64,000 nt of DNA, from the IMG/VR virus record IMGVR_UViG_3300030098_006179, positions 64,001 through 128,000 of that record, one strand, 5' to 3'. Position numbers and translations under genes: made by a program. The DNA comes from a virus. Within the stretch, counting starts at the first letter, position 1; the number at the start of each line of letters is the position of its first letter. The notes beneath the pieces are model-generated. The model was not told where the DNA came from and searched no databases. It saw nothing but the letters and a program-made list of their open reading frames with translations. Of this stretch, positions 40,721-51,110 are shown in pieces.

Positions 40721-41166
40721 TTTGCGGGAACTCCTTTGACTAGCGTATTGTCAGGAACGTCTTTTGTAACGACTGAACCTGCTCCTATTATACAATTATC
40801 TCCAATATTTACTGGAAGTATGGTGGCGTTAGATCCTATTCTTACGTTATTTCCTATTTTTGTTTTTTTCATTTTCCATTCTTTGAATTCCTTTGAGTCG
40901 GTAAATAAATCATTAACAAACATTACTCCATGAGCAATGAAACAATTTTCTCCAATCTCCACTCCAGAACATATAAAAGAATGACTGCTTATTCTGGAAT
41001 TTTTTCCTACGCTTGACCCGCTTTGAATTTCTACAAATGGACCTACAAATACTCCATCTTTTAATTCGCATTCATATAAATTGCACGGCTCTATGAGAGA
41101 AATATTTTTTCCAAATTTACATTTTAAAAAAAATAATCTAAATAATTTTCTGACCATTTTTATCAT
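40717..41166 (-). CDS. Hexapeptide-repeat sugar N-acetyltransferase (WbpD/FdtC-like)
   Basis: [38 protein letters not shown]. Confidence 0.9.
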   Translation of the reverse strand: MIKMVRKLFRLFFLKCKFGKNISLIEPCNLYECELKDGVFVGPFVEIQSGSSVGKNSRISSHSFICSGVEIGENCFIAHGVMFVNDLFTDSKEFKEWKMKKTKIGNNVRIGSNATILPVNIGDNCIIGAGSVVTKDVPDNTLVKGVPAK

Positions 41167-43573
41167 ACGGCAATATAAGAGTATAATTTTCTTTTATCAA
41201 GGTATGTCTACCCAAATCTATAGAAATTTCTTTACAAAGAATTTTAAAATCGGGATTGTTTGTGTTTTCTACAACAATTAAGTTCTTATAATCTTTTAAT
41301 TTTTTACAAATTTCTTTTGAAGTTTTGTATTCGTTAATAATAATGCAATCTATAGAGTTATCTATTTTTTTAATTGATTTATATTTTTTAATGCTTGGAT
41401 TTAATGGTAGCCAAACTGCCAAGGTTTTTATTAATGAAGAGGAGTTTTTGTGTCGTATTTTATTAATCCAATATTTAATATGAAGTTTATATTTTGTCGT
41501 TTTGAATTTGTTAAAAATTTTTTCATATTTTTTACTTAATAAATCTTCTGAAATTTCATTCCAATCTTCGATAATTAAGATCGGAAGATCTTTATAGAAA
41601 GATACATTGTGGCAGTTTTTAACAATAGGAATAGTTTCCAAATATAAGCATTCCCAAATTCTATGGCAATCTGTACCCATCCCCTCTGGAGATACAGCGT
41701 ATTTACATTTAGAAAGATCCTCTAAATATTCTTTAAATGGTTTTCTTTCTGAAAAATGTACATAGTTTAGATCTTTTAAATCTTCTAATATCTTTCTTCT
41801 ACTAGAATTTGTTTTAGTGTCAAAATTTAAATATAATAATTCTTTTTTGTAATTTTTTTGATCGATTATTTCATTTAATAATTTAATGTCTCCGTGAGGC
41901 CACCTTGCATTTGCAATTCCAAGGGGAATAGATTCTAATTTTTCATGTTCTACATTAGCATTTTGTGCGTACCAATTTATAATTTTGTCATTATCTAAAT
42001 ATTTTTTGTAATTGTCTGATATTTTATGAGCGCTATTGTGAGTAATTATATTTATTTTGTATTTTATATTTGGTAAAACTTTTTCAAAAAAATTAGAAAT
42101 ATAATCAGTTTTAATAAAAATTATTTTGCCGTCTTCTTCTATCAAATTAGAAAAATCACTCTTTTCAAAATCATCATATACAAAATCTGAATATTTTCTG
42201 AATCCCATTCCAGTTATAATTGGATATGAATCAAGAATTATTTTGGGATCAACTTTAACTTTTTTCTTTATTAAAGCGCACCCCTTTCCGTTTTTGTTCC
42301 ATTTATCGCATGTTATTGAATTCTCTAAACAGAAATCATCTACAGCATTATTTACTTCTGGTATAGAGCATCCATCTGGAGGACCGGAATAGTAATCATC
42401 TATTATCATTAATGCTCCGTCGTTCATTTGAGAATAAATTCTTTCTATATCTTCTTTTGCGCCTTCATAAGTGTGATCTCCGTCTACAAAAGCATAATCT
42501 ATTCCATTTTTAAAATTTTTATTAAAAAACTCTTTATTTAAAATCTTTTTACTGTCACCTTCTATTACTAAATAATTTTCAAAATCATTTTGTAATTTAT
42601 CAGCTATTTTCCAGCCCTCTTTCCCTGCATAATTTAAATTTATATCAATCGATATAAATTTTTCTGGCTTAATTGTGCATAAGGTTGTTGCTGCACTTCT
42701 CCCCGTGGCAAATCCTGTTTCTAAGCAATATTTGGGTTTTAATTTTTTTAATTGTTCAATTAAAAAGTCTCTTTCGTTTTCATTCAAATGTCCCCAAGGA
42801 TGCCAGTAATTTTCAATAGTTTTTTCATTAAGTGCGGCTTTGCATATAGAATCAATATCTTTTTTGTATTTTTCATAAGGTCTAGCGCTATGGCAGTCAT
42901 AATAATACTCAGATTTTACTTTTTCTAAATCAAACTTCCAGTTACTTCTATCTATTCTTCTTCCATTTTGACCGCCAGTTCTTGGCATGTATAAAATATC
43001 TAATGGGTTAGATTCTTTATATTTCGGAATAACTAAACTTGGATAATCCTCATCCAAAAACCAATATGTTTGAGTTAATTTTTCTTTTGGATTTTTAAAA
43101 TCTTGATGAAGCATAGATAAGGAGTCTTCCCATCTTTCTGGCAAGTTCAAAACTTTTTTAAAAGTTCTACCTAAAGCTATATGATAACAAGATGGAATTC
43201 TTCCGTAAGATTCTATACATGGATTTATATGTACGTATTTATTTTCTGAAACATTTTTAATTTGATCTATAAAGTAATGTTTTGAAAGTGGAAGCATGTC
43301 TATATCAGATATAATAGAAACTTTATTGGGAAACAGGGTTGGAAACCAATATCTTATCCATAAAACTTGAATAGAAATTGGTATATTTTTTATATATTTC
43401 CACCTAAAGACTTTACCGTATTCTTCTGATAATTCAACGTCTTGTTTTTCGTCTATATAAATTAAAATGGGTTCTACTCCAATTTTTTCTTTCCAAAGTT
43501 TGGATACTATTGGCCAAAAATCTAAATAGGAAGAATCAGAATTAGAACTTAGTATTGCTTGGTCTATTTTCAT
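41138..43573 (-). CDS. Multidomain protein: GT-A-like + class I SAM methyltransferase + exostosin/GT47-like
   Basis: ISDIDMLP; [11 protein letters not shown]...[14 protein letters not shown]...IIDD; [31 protein letters not shown]. Confidence 0.75.
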   Translation of the reverse strand: MKIDQAILSSNSDSSYLDFWPIVSKLWKEKIGVEPILIYIDEKQDVELSEEYGKVFRWKYIKNIPISIQVLWIRYWFPTLFPNKVSIISDIDMLPLSKHYFIDQIKNVSENKYVHINPCIESYGRIPSCYHIALGRTFKKVLNLPERWEDSLSMLHQDFKNPKEKLTQTYWFLDEDYPSLVIPKYKESNPLDILYMPRTGGQNGRRIDRSNWKFDLEKVKSEYYYDCHSARPYEKYKKDIDSICKAALNEKTIENYWHPWGHLNENERDFLIEQLKKLKPKYCLETGFATGRSAATTLCTIKPEKFISIDINLNYAGKEGWKIADKLQNDFENYLVIEGDSKKILNKEFFNKNFKNGIDYAFVDGDHTYEGAKEDIERIYSQMNDGALMIIDDYYSGPPDGCSIPEVNNAVDDFCLENSITCDKWNKNGKGCALIKKKVKVDPKIILDSYPIITGMGFRKYSDFVYDDFEKSDFSNLIEEDGKIIFIKTDYISNFFEKVLPNIKYKINIITHNSAHKISDNYKKYLDNDKIINWYAQNANVEHEKLESIPLGIANARWPHGDIKLLNEIIDQKNYKKELLYLNFDTKTNSSRRKILEDLKDLNYVHFSERKPFKEYLEDLSKCKYAVSPEGMGTDCHRIWECLYLETIPIVKNCHNVSFYKDLPILIIEDWNEISEDLLSKKYEKIFNKFKTTKYKLHIKYWINKIRHKNSSSLIKTLAVWLPLNPSIKKYKSIKKIDNSIDCIIINEYKTSKEICKKLKDYKNLIVVENTNNPDFKILCKEISIDLGRHTLIKENYTLILPYDKNGQKII

Positions 43574-44301
43574 TAGAACTCTCTTTGTATTTTAGCTAAT
43601 TGGTCGTACCACAAAACATTTATTTTTTCTAACATACAATATTCTCTTTTTTTTATGAGAGATAAATCTAAAGGTGGAGCCCAATTTCCTTTTGGTTTAT
43701 ATCTATCGTCTAAACCATTAAAAAAGTCATATAAATCAGCTTCTATTGTAATATTATTTTCAGACATACTCTCGGCATTTCTATATGTTATGTATTCTTT
43801 TAATGTTTTAATTTCCATAAACCAAGAACCAGTATTAAATTGTCTCGGAACATATTTACCAAATGTATTTGTTGGGTTTTGTAAAAAATTTTTATATAAA
43901 TTAAAATTTAACATTTTTTGTCTAGGTTCATGAAAAAATACATATTTATAATTTCGAAATACAGGCCAATTAGCTTCCCACGATTCTATTAGTCCTGCGC
44001 CCTTGTTATTTTGGCCATGTTTATTTTTTGTTTTTTTGTACGAAAAAATTATATTTGCCTCGCTAGGTATAGCGTTCAAAATTCGCTTATCTACTTCAGA
44101 CTTATCGTTGACTGTATTATCTATAACATAAACGTTTTCATAAAAACCAACATGTTTATTAAAATGGTAAAAAAACGATTTAAAACCTTCAACAAATTGA
44201 AGAACTCTTTCTTCTCCGTCGTTAACATAAGACTTGTGTTTAAATTCTTTTGAATTGAAAGCGCATCTAAGTTCAAAAATTATATCTTTTTTAGGTTCCA
44301 T
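43573..44301 (-). CDS. Hypothetical glycan-related protein (paralogue of 54258-54908)
   Basis: Shares GEER.LQ..EGFK.F, IDNT, NKGAG..E.W, F.EPR, LW.D with 54258-54908. Confidence 0.55.
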   Translation of the reverse strand: MEPKKDIIFELRCAFNSKEFKHKSYVNDGEERVLQFVEGFKSFFYHFNKHVGFYENVYVIDNTVNDKSEVDKRILNAIPSEANIIFSYKKTKNKHGQNNKGAGLIESWEANWPVFRNYKYVFFHEPRQKMLNFNLYKNFLQNPTNTFGKYVPRQFNTGSWFMEIKTLKEYITYRNAESMSENNITIEADLYDFFNGLDDRYKPKGNWAPPLDLSLIKKREYCMLEKINVLWYDQLAKIQREF

Positions 44302-44304
44302 GTC

Positions 44305-45396
44305 TTAAATTGTACTGAGTATTTTACATGTATATCCAATTTCTTTTTTTGTCATTTCGGCATTAATAGGCAGGCTTATTTCTGAAAAAGCTTGTTGTTC
44401 AGAAAATGGAAAGTCTCCTTTTTTGTGGTTCAAATACTTATAAGCTCTTTGTAAATGTATTGGTTTGGGGTAGTGAAATCCGGTTTGAATACCTTTGTCG
44501 TTTAATGTTTTTTGTAGTTTATTTTTATCTTTTGTAAAAATTGGGAATAAGTGATAAACACATTTATTACCCCTTTCTACTTTTAGAGTTTTGACATTTT
44601 TATTTTCCGATAGAGCTTCCATGTATTTATTTGCTATGAAAATTCTTTTATTATTCCATTCGTCTAGATAGGGAAGTTTTAAATTTAACATTACAGCTTC
44701 TATTTCGCTCATTCTATAATTAAAGCCCACTATATCGTGATGATATTTTTTACTTTGCCCGTGATTTATGAGCTTTTTCATTTTATCGTAAAGTTTTTTA
44801 GAGTTCGTTACTACCGCTCCTCCCTCCCCACAGGTTCCTAAATTCTTGCCGGGATAAAAACTAAAACATGTTAGATCAGAAAATGAAGCTATGGGTTTGT
44901 CGTTAAACAAACTTCCGTGCGCTTGCGCTGCATCATTTATTAAAATAGATTTAGAGCTTTTGCTTAAGCATTTTAATCCAACTAAATCACAAGGATTTCC
45001 ATACATGCTGGTGGGTAAAATAATTTTTGTATTGCGAGTAGTTAATTTTATAGCTTGATCAACGTTCATATTACAGGTTTCGTCAACGTCAACAAATTTA
45101 TGCTTAAGATGACGACAATGAGATACAGCTTCGCTAGTTGCAATATAGCTATTGGGACAAGTTAAAACTTCTCCTTCTGAATCAAAAAGATGTAGTGCTG
45201 TATGCAGTGCTGTAGTACCACTACTTGTGGCAACACAGTATTTAACGCCACAATATTTTGCAAAATCTTGTTCAAATTTTTCTACGTTTTCTCCAGATAT
45301 AAAATTAGAAGAATTTACAATGGATGAAACCTTGGATAAAAAACGCCTTTTAATTTTTTTATTTTGTTTTGAAATATTAGAAAAATGAATTTTCAT
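44305..45396 (-). CDS. DegT/DnrJ/EryC1/StrS PLP-dependent sugar aminotransferase (WbpE/FdtB-like)
   Basis: SSGTTAL, DAAQAHG, SFYPGKNLG..GEGG, GFNYRM, HYP.PIHLQ. Start taken at MKIHF. Confidence 0.92.
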   Translation of the reverse strand: MKIHFSNISKQNKKIKRRFLSKVSSIVNSSNFISGENVEKFEQDFAKYCGVKYCVATSSGTTALHTALHLFDSEGEVLTCPNSYIATSEAVSHCRHLKHKFVDVDETCNMNVDQAIKLTTRNTKIILPTSMYGNPCDLVGLKCLSKSSKSILINDAAQAHGSLFNDKPIASFSDLTCFSFYPGKNLGTCGEGGAVVTNSKKLYDKMKKLINHGQSKKYHHDIVGFNYRMSEIEAVMLNLKLPYLDEWNNKRIFIANKYMEALSENKNVKTLKVERGNKCVYHLFPIFTKDKNKLQKTLNDKGIQTGFHYPKPIHLQRAYKYLNHKKGDFPFSEQQAFSEISLPINAEMTKKEIGYTCKILSTI

Positions 45397-46223
45397 TAAA
45401 ATTCTCCTACTCCTGATATTTTTGGACATATTTGTTTGCCGTTAGAAAACTTTTCAGCATTAAAGAAAGCTATTTTATATCCTTCTTTTAAATAAACATT
45501 AGAAAATTTTACTTCTCCCTCTCGCTCAAAACATATATAATTTATTTTGGAACCATCTTGACTTGCGGGTTCTTTGCAGTATGGTAGGTGTCCATATTTT
45601 TCAACTATCATATTTAAAAATTTTTTATGAGTAAATCCTGCTCCTCCATGGCAATGTAGGCCAACTTGAAAATCTTTTGACATTCTTTCTTCGCAATTTT
45701 CATCTCCTTTAATGGAAATAATTCGATCATTTATTCCGCTTACATGGCATCCACCAAAATAAAGTGATCCATGTTTACCCACGCAAAGATACGCTACATT
45801 TTCTTTAATTAATTCTTTTAAATTTGTTTTGCCATATAAAAAATAATTTGGTATATTAATTTTTACGTCATCTTCAACAAAAAACCAATAGTCGTATTCA
45901 TTTTTAAATTTTTTAAACGCATAATCAAAAGATTTGAAACTTCCCCCAACTCCATTTTCCCAAGGCCTATTTATAACTTTTATTATTCCATTTTTAGTTT
46001 TTGAATTATTAAATTTAGAAATAAATTTTAAAGATTCAGATTCTGGATCAGAAGATTTCTCACAACAATGATTAACTAAAATAATATCAGAAGATAAACC
46101 GGAGTCTAATTTTTGCAGATATGGTATATATTTGTTAAGATAGTTTATTGTTTCTTCTGTGTTCTTAGGATATGTTCTCCTTTTTCCAAAAAAAGTTGAT
46201 ATAACTGTGCAATTTTTAGACAT
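45396..46223 (-). CDS. Putative GT-A glycosyltransferase (paralogue of 52588-53367)
   Basis: GGSFKSFDYAF..FKNEYDYWFFVEDD, HCHGG.G.TH, EGEVKFSNVY. Confidence 0.55.
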   Translation of the reverse strand: MSKNCTVISTFFGKRRTYPKNTEETINYLNKYIPYLQKLDSGLSSDIILVNHCCEKSSDPESESLKFISKFNNSKTKNGIIKVINRPWENGVGGSFKSFDYAFKKFKNEYDYWFFVEDDVKINIPNYFLYGKTNLKELIKENVAYLCVGKHGSLYFGGCHVSGINDRIISIKGDENCEERMSKDFQVGLHCHGGAGFTHKKFLNMIVEKYGHLPYCKEPASQDGSKINYICFEREGEVKFSNVYLKEGYKIAFFNAEKFSNGKQICPKISGVGEF

Positions 46224-46224
46224 T

Positions 46225-46758
46225 TTATTTTTTTATTATTGTTAAAGAGGGAAACTGTTCTAAGACTAATGTTTTGTATTTCGTTTTATTTATAACTGGT
46301 TGTATTTTTGGAAAATTAAATTTATTCATCCATTCTACGCTGTCTCTTTCTTTTGATCCGCCTTCGAGTAAAACAATTCCTCCTTGTGATATTTTAGGCA
46401 TATATTTATCCAAACAATATTCGTATGTATCTCCATTATTACTTATGTCAATATGTAAAATGTCTATAGAATCATCGGCGTGAAATTTGTATATATTTTT
46501 ATAATTTGCTTTTTTAATATATATATTTTTTCGTTTTAAAAATTTTAATTCTATATCATCGTATCTAGAGCCAGAGTATTCATAGTCTTCAAATAAATCA
46601 TATGCATAAATTTGACATTCCTCGTTGACTGTGGAAGATAGAGCTTCTAAAGAAAAGCCGTCTAGGATTCCTATTTCAACTATTTTTCTTGGAGAATTTA
46701 AAAATGCTACAGTTTTAAAAACTAAGTCGTAATTATTTTGCATGTATGAAGAGTTCAT
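46225..46758 (-). CDS. Class I SAM-dependent methyltransferase
   Basis: IVEIGILDGFS, AYDLF, IDILHID, GGIVLLEG. Confidence 0.8.
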   Translation of the reverse strand: MNSSYMQNNYDLVFKTVAFLNSPRKIVEIGILDGFSLEALSSTVNEECQIYAYDLFEDYEYSGSRYDDIELKFLKRKNIYIKKANYKNIYKFHADDSIDILHIDISNNGDTYEYCLDKYMPKISQGGIVLLEGGSKERDSVEWMNKFNFPKIQPVINKTKYKTLVLEQFPSLTIIKK

Positions 46759-47666
46759 TATATTTTAAAATTTTTTTTATCAGAAAACCAATCGCTTCTA
46801 TTCTCTAAAATTTCTTGTAAATATTCTTTGTATTCACTGTCGGGAATATTTTTTATTTGTCTGGATAGTTGTCTGTATGTCATGAACCCCTGCTTAATGC
46901 ATACCTCCTCTACACATCCAATCTTGTATCTTTGTTGTTGTTCGATTGTTCTTATAAATTCGCTAGCTTTTTGTAAATCTGAACAGTTACCCGTATCAAA
47001 CCAAACTACCCCTCTTCCTAAATCTTCAATGGTTATATTTTTTTGTTGTAAATATAGTTTATTTAAATCTGTTATTTCCAACTCTCCTCTTTTGGAAGGT
47101 TTTAATGATTTCGTGTTTTCAATAACGGAGTTGTCGTAGATATATAAACCGGGGATCATATGATTTGAAGTAGGTTTTTTTGGTTTTTCTTTTATGTCTA
47201 CAACTTTGTTTCTGTTAATTTCTAAAACTCCGAAATTTTGTGGGTCAGAAACAAAATATGTAAATATGTGGGCTCCAGTTGAGAAGTTGTTTATAATTTT
47301 ATCTAATCCAATATAACCATAAAATACATTGTCTCCAAGAATCAAGCACACGTTATCTTGACCAATAAATTCTTCGCAAATTAAAAAAGCTTCTGAAATA
47401 CCTTTTGGTTCTGCTTGTTCGAAATATTCTATATTTATTCCCCACTGAGATCCATCCTTTAATAATGTCTTATATTTATCCAAATACTCTGGAGAACTAA
47501 TTATAGCTATATCTTTTATTCCTCCAAGCAACAAAGTGCTTAGTGGATAATATATCATAGGTTTATCATGAACGGGTTGAAGCTGCTTGTTAGAAACTAC
47601 GGTTAGGGGATAAAGTCTAGAACCAGATCCTCCAGCTAAAATAATTCCTTTGGTTTTTTTTGACAT
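46758..47666 (-). CDS. rmlA: Glucose-1-phosphate thymidylyltransferase
   Basis: GIILAGGSGSRLYP, KPMIYYPL, LILGDN, EKP, RGELEITD, WFDTG. Confidence 0.95.
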   Translation of the reverse strand: MSKKTKGIILAGGSGSRLYPLTVVSNKQLQPVHDKPMIYYPLSTLLLGGIKDIAIISSPEYLDKYKTLLKDGSQWGINIEYFEQAEPKGISEAFLICEEFIGQDNVCLILGDNVFYGYIGLDKIINNFSTGAHIFTYFVSDPQNFGVLEINRNKVVDIKEKPKKPTSNHMIPGLYIYDNSVIENTKSLKPSKRGELEITDLNKLYLQQKNITIEDLGRGVVWFDTGNCSDLQKASEFIRTIEQQQRYKIGCVEEVCIKQGFMTYRQLSRQIKNIPDSEYKEYLQEILENRSDWFSDKKNFKI

Positions 47667-48610
47667 TAAAAATTTTCAACATACCAATTTACAGTCTTCT
47701 TCATTCCTTGACTTATAGAATACATAGGTTTCCATCCTAATTTTGTAATTTTTGTATTGTCTATTGCATATCTAAAATCGTGAGCAAGTCTATCATTTAC
47801 GTACTCAATGTGATCTTTAGATCTCACCTTCATTAGTCTGCAAATTTGTTGGACAATTTGAATATTTGTTTTTTCAGTATTTGCTCCAATGTTGTATACT
47901 TCCCCAACATTTCCATCAATAGCAACTTTCCAAAGTGCTCTACAGTGATCCATTACATATATCCAATCCCTTACGTTTAACCCTTTTCCATATACTGGAA
48001 TTTTTTCATCTTGATAAATAGAGTTTATAACTGTTGGAATAAATTTTTCTAAATGCTGTCTAGGGCCATAGTTATTAGAACATCTAGTTACAACTACTGG
48101 GAAATTATATGTCTTAAAATAAGAGAAGCATATTAAATCTGAAGCCGCTTTTGTAGAAGAATATGGAGAGGTTGGGTCAATAATGGTTTCCTCTGTAAAT
48201 TTACCTTCTTCGCCCAGCGCTCCATAGACTTCATCTGTTGATACATGAACAAACCTTTTGATTCCGCATCGTCTACAAGCTTCTAACATGCTCATTGTTC
48301 CAACAACATTAGCTTGAACAAATGGAAATGGATTATTTATAGAATTATCAACGTGAGATTCTGCAGCCAAGTGAAAAACTATATCTATATTAAATCTTGC
48401 AAAGATATCTATAATTTCTCCAGTACTTCTGACATCTACTTGTTCAAAGAAGTAATTTGGATTATCTAAGTATTCTTTATTATTGCCCCCTGAACCCGCA
48501 TAAGATAAGCAGTCTACATTAATAACCTTATCTACATTTTTCTTACTTAATAAAAATTCTATTAAATTAGAACCAATGAAACCTGATCCACCTGTAACTA
48601 AAATATTCAT
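47666..48610 (-). CDS. rmlB: dTDP-glucose 4,6-dehydratase
   Basis: TGGSGFIGS, HLAAESHVD, HVSTDEVYG, SPYSSTK, CSNNYGP, DR..HD.RYA. Confidence 0.95.
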   Translation of the reverse strand: MNILVTGGSGFIGSNLIEFLLSKKNVDKVINVDCLSYAGSGGNNKEYLDNPNYFFEQVDVRSTGEIIDIFARFNIDIVFHLAAESHVDNSINNPFPFVQANVVGTMSMLEACRRCGIKRFVHVSTDEVYGALGEEGKFTEETIIDPTSPYSSTKAASDLICFSYFKTYNFPVVVTRCSNNYGPRQHLEKFIPTVINSIYQDEKIPVYGKGLNVRDWIYVMDHCRALWKVAIDGNVGEVYNIGANTEKTNIQIVQQICRLMKVRSKDHIEYVNDRLAHDFRYAIDNTKITKLGWKPMYSISQGMKKTVNWYVENF

Positions 48611-48990
48611 TTATTTTCTGTGCTCCATTTTTCTCCAAAATGACCTATTTCTGCCCTTATTTCGTCATTGGGGTCATACTTCCTATTAACATAATACAAC
48701 AAAATTGATCCCGGTTCCAAACATTTATATCCATGATAAACTCCGGGGATAATTTTTAATACTCTTGGGTTTTTGTCTGACAAATATTCAAATCTACATC
48801 CATTTTCCTCTGTTGCTAAACCCACTTTAAATGATCCTTTGATGCATGTCCAATAATCTGTTTGAAGATCGTGCTTATGCCAAGCTACAATATGTTCGGT
48901 TGAATTAACAACCGATACGTTAATTTGTCCATCTAAAATGTCAAAAACATCAATTAGCCTTTGGGCTCTGTCATCTTCGTGAAATTTCAT
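48607..48990 (-). CDS. RmlC-like cupin (dTDP-4-keto-6-deoxyglucose epimerase/isomerase)
   Basis: EDDRA, AWHKH..QTD, IPGVYHGY, YDP.DE. Adjacent to rmlB. Confidence 0.75.
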   Translation of the reverse strand: MKFHEDDRAQRLIDVFDILDGQINVSVVNSTEHIVAWHKHDLQTDYWTCIKGSFKVGLATEENGCRFEYLSDKNPRVLKIIPGVYHGYKCLEPGSILLYYVNRKYDPNDEIRAEIGHFGEKWSTENK

Positions 48991-49393
48991 TTTTTATTTT
49001 GGTTGTAGATATTGCTTCTGTATATGGAAAAAATATAATTTTGGCACCATAACTTTTTAATTCGTTTTCATAGTCAGACCATTTCTGATCGTCGTACCAG
49101 TCGTCCCCAACGAAAAGAATATCATACTTTAATTTCCTATGTGCTTTGATTTTGTCAAGATCATTTTGTGGAATGACAGTGTCAACATATTTAATATTTC
49201 TAACTATTTCTATTCTATGTTCAAAGGAAATGATGGGGTTTGTGTTTTTTTTAGATTTTATTAGCTTATCTGTGCTTACGGACACTATGAGGTGGTCACA
49301 CATTGATTTTGCATTTCTCAATATGTTTAAGTGGCCAACATGGAACATGTCGAAAGCGCCACAGGTATAGCCTACTACTGTTTTTTTATTCAT
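48971..49393 (-). CDS. tagD: Glycerol-3-phosphate cytidylyltransferase-like
   Basis: GAFDMFHVGHLN, VSTD, FVGDDW, PYTEAISTT. Confidence 0.85.
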   Translation of the reverse strand: MNKKTVVGYTCGAFDMFHVGHLNILRNAKSMCDHLIVSVSTDKLIKSKKNTNPIISFEHRIEIVRNIKYVDTVIPQNDLDKIKAHRKLKYDILFVGDDWYDDQKWSDYENELKSYGAKIIFFPYTEAISTTKIKNEISRR

Positions 49394-50195
49394 TGGTAAT
49401 AAGATTGATTAGTTTATCTCTATCTTTTCTAAAATCTAAAACTTCGGAAACAACATGATTGTCTCCGGGTCCATACGCATTAGCGTAAGCGGGAGTAGAA
49501 AGTTTCTTTTCAAAAACTATTATACCATTATGGATAGATATATTATATAAGTAATCCAATAAGTAAACAATTTCTTCTTTATTGAAATTCTCTTTTATTA
49601 TTGAGGCGTCCCATGGCGAAGCGTCAGATACCCAATGATCGGTGGATGTTTTGGGAGAAAAAAAGGAATCTAAATGCATCAAATCTATTAACATTTTTGT
49701 AAAATCAATAAATGAAGGTTGGGAAAAAGTGCCCGAGGGCTGATTGGGCCAATAGCTAGTATGGATGTCCTCACATATATATACTCCGTTATCAGCTACA
49801 TGTGGAAATAATTTTAGAAAAGTTTTAATCTGGTCATGACACGCGTGAGAGCCATCGTCAAGTATCACATCTAATTTTGGGGTTTCTTCTATAATTTTTT
49901 GAAGAATTTTTTGGTCAGCTTGTGATCCCACAAACATTTTAAGATTGTTAAAATCGTTTTCGTATGACCTCAGATCATCTATATCTAAACCATAAATTTC
50001 ACATTCTTCAAAAACGTAATTAAGCATTGCGAGTCCGCCCCCGCCTAGGTTGCCTATTTCTAGTATTTTGGGGTGTGTGCCTTTGAATTTTTGTAAATGT
50101 CTATCGTAAACCTCTGGGTAATTTGACCATTTGCCTACCCTGTGGGTTTTAACTATTTTTTTATCTGTAATGTATTGTTGGAATGTTTTATCCAT
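49386..50195 (-). CDS. Sugar O-methyltransferase (MycE-like class I SAM)
   Basis: KWSNY..Y, ILEIG, GLDI, GSQAD, ILDDGSH, GVYICEDIHTSYW. Confidence 0.85.
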   Translation of the reverse strand: MDKTFQQYITDKKIVKTHRVGKWSNYPEVYDRHLQKFKGTHPKILEIGNLGGGGLAMLNYVFEECEIYGLDIDDLRSYENDFNNLKMFVGSQADQKILQKIIEETPKLDVILDDGSHACHDQIKTFLKLFPHVADNGVYICEDIHTSYWPNQPSGTFSQPSFIDFTKMLIDLMHLDSFFSPKTSTDHWVSDASPWDASIIKENFNKEEIVYLLDYLYNISIHNGIIVFEKKLSTPAYANAYGPGDNHVVSEVLDFRKDRDKLINLITNE

Positions 50196-51108
50196 TACTT
50201 TTCCTTATTTCTTTTAAAATCATTTCACAATTAGAATCATAAGTAAAGTCTTTTTTTGATTTTTCGTGTCCTTTACCCGCAATTTCTTTTGCTTCCTCTT
50301 GATTCTCTAAATAATAAGCAAGCATTTCATGTAATTCATTTAAATTTTTATAATAAATTAAATGCTCTTTGTGTTTTAGCCCCTTATCTTTTGTTACCAT
50401 CATGTCGTCCACAAAAACTAAAGCTTTTCCAGCTAGAGCTTCAAACAGTCTAAAATCTCCCTCCCAACCATCGGGATTACAGGAAACAAGTATTTTACTA
50501 TTCTTTATTTGATCAAAATAATGTTTTGAGGAGTTATAGCTGTACCCTCCTCCAATTCTGCCTACATGAATTTCATATTTTGTGTTTTGCTCTTTAAACC
50601 TTTGCATAAATTGCGCTACCGCACTTCTGTTTCCCCCGTTGTCATGATGATTAAAAAGGCAGCTTGCATCTATATTCCTATTTTCGTTTTCTGAAATATT
50701 ATTTAGGTAAGACTCTTTTATACCATAAGTGATTGGGGTATATGGAGAATTATATTTTCTATATTCATATGGATTTTTCGTTTTATCTACGCAGCTTCTT
50801 TTAAAATACAGTAAGGGATTGCGACTCATTATGCAATTAGTGTCACAGCCCAAAACATTAGACATTTGATTATCTGAATCAAAATAGTCAATAATAATTT
50901 CTCTTTCTGGGTTAAGTGGTTCGTTTTGTATTCCAATATCTGGATGTCTGATTATATAATCAGCTTCATCTATGTTTAAAACCATTTCTACGTTTTCATT
51001 CTTTGAAAAAGCGTATGCCATGTGATCGGTACTGTTTTCAAATTCTTCTGGTTTTTGTTTGCCTAAAGCATTTTCGGCATTTTGAAAATATATTTTTATT
51101 TTTTTCAT
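50188..51108 (-). CDS. GT-B glycosyltransferase (Glyco_trans_1_2/CgeB-like)
   Basis: SKI.VSCNP..WEGDFRLFEALA, YYLEN.EE...IA..G. Confidence 0.7.
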   Translation of the reverse strand: MKKIKIYFQNAENALGKQKPEEFENSTDHMAYAFSKNENVEMVLNIDEADYIIRHPDIGIQNEPLNPEREIIIDYFDSDNQMSNVLGCDTNCIMSRNPLLYFKRSCVDKTKNPYEYRKYNSPYTPITYGIKESYLNNISENENRNIDASCLFNHHDNGGNRSAVAQFMQRFKEQNTKYEIHVGRIGGGYSYNSSKHYFDQIKNSKILVSCNPDGWEGDFRLFEALAGKALVFVDDMMVTKDKGLKHKEHLIYYKNLNELHEMLAYYLENQEEAKEIAGKGHEKSKKDFTYDSNCEMILKEIRKSNG

Positions 51109-51110
51109 AT

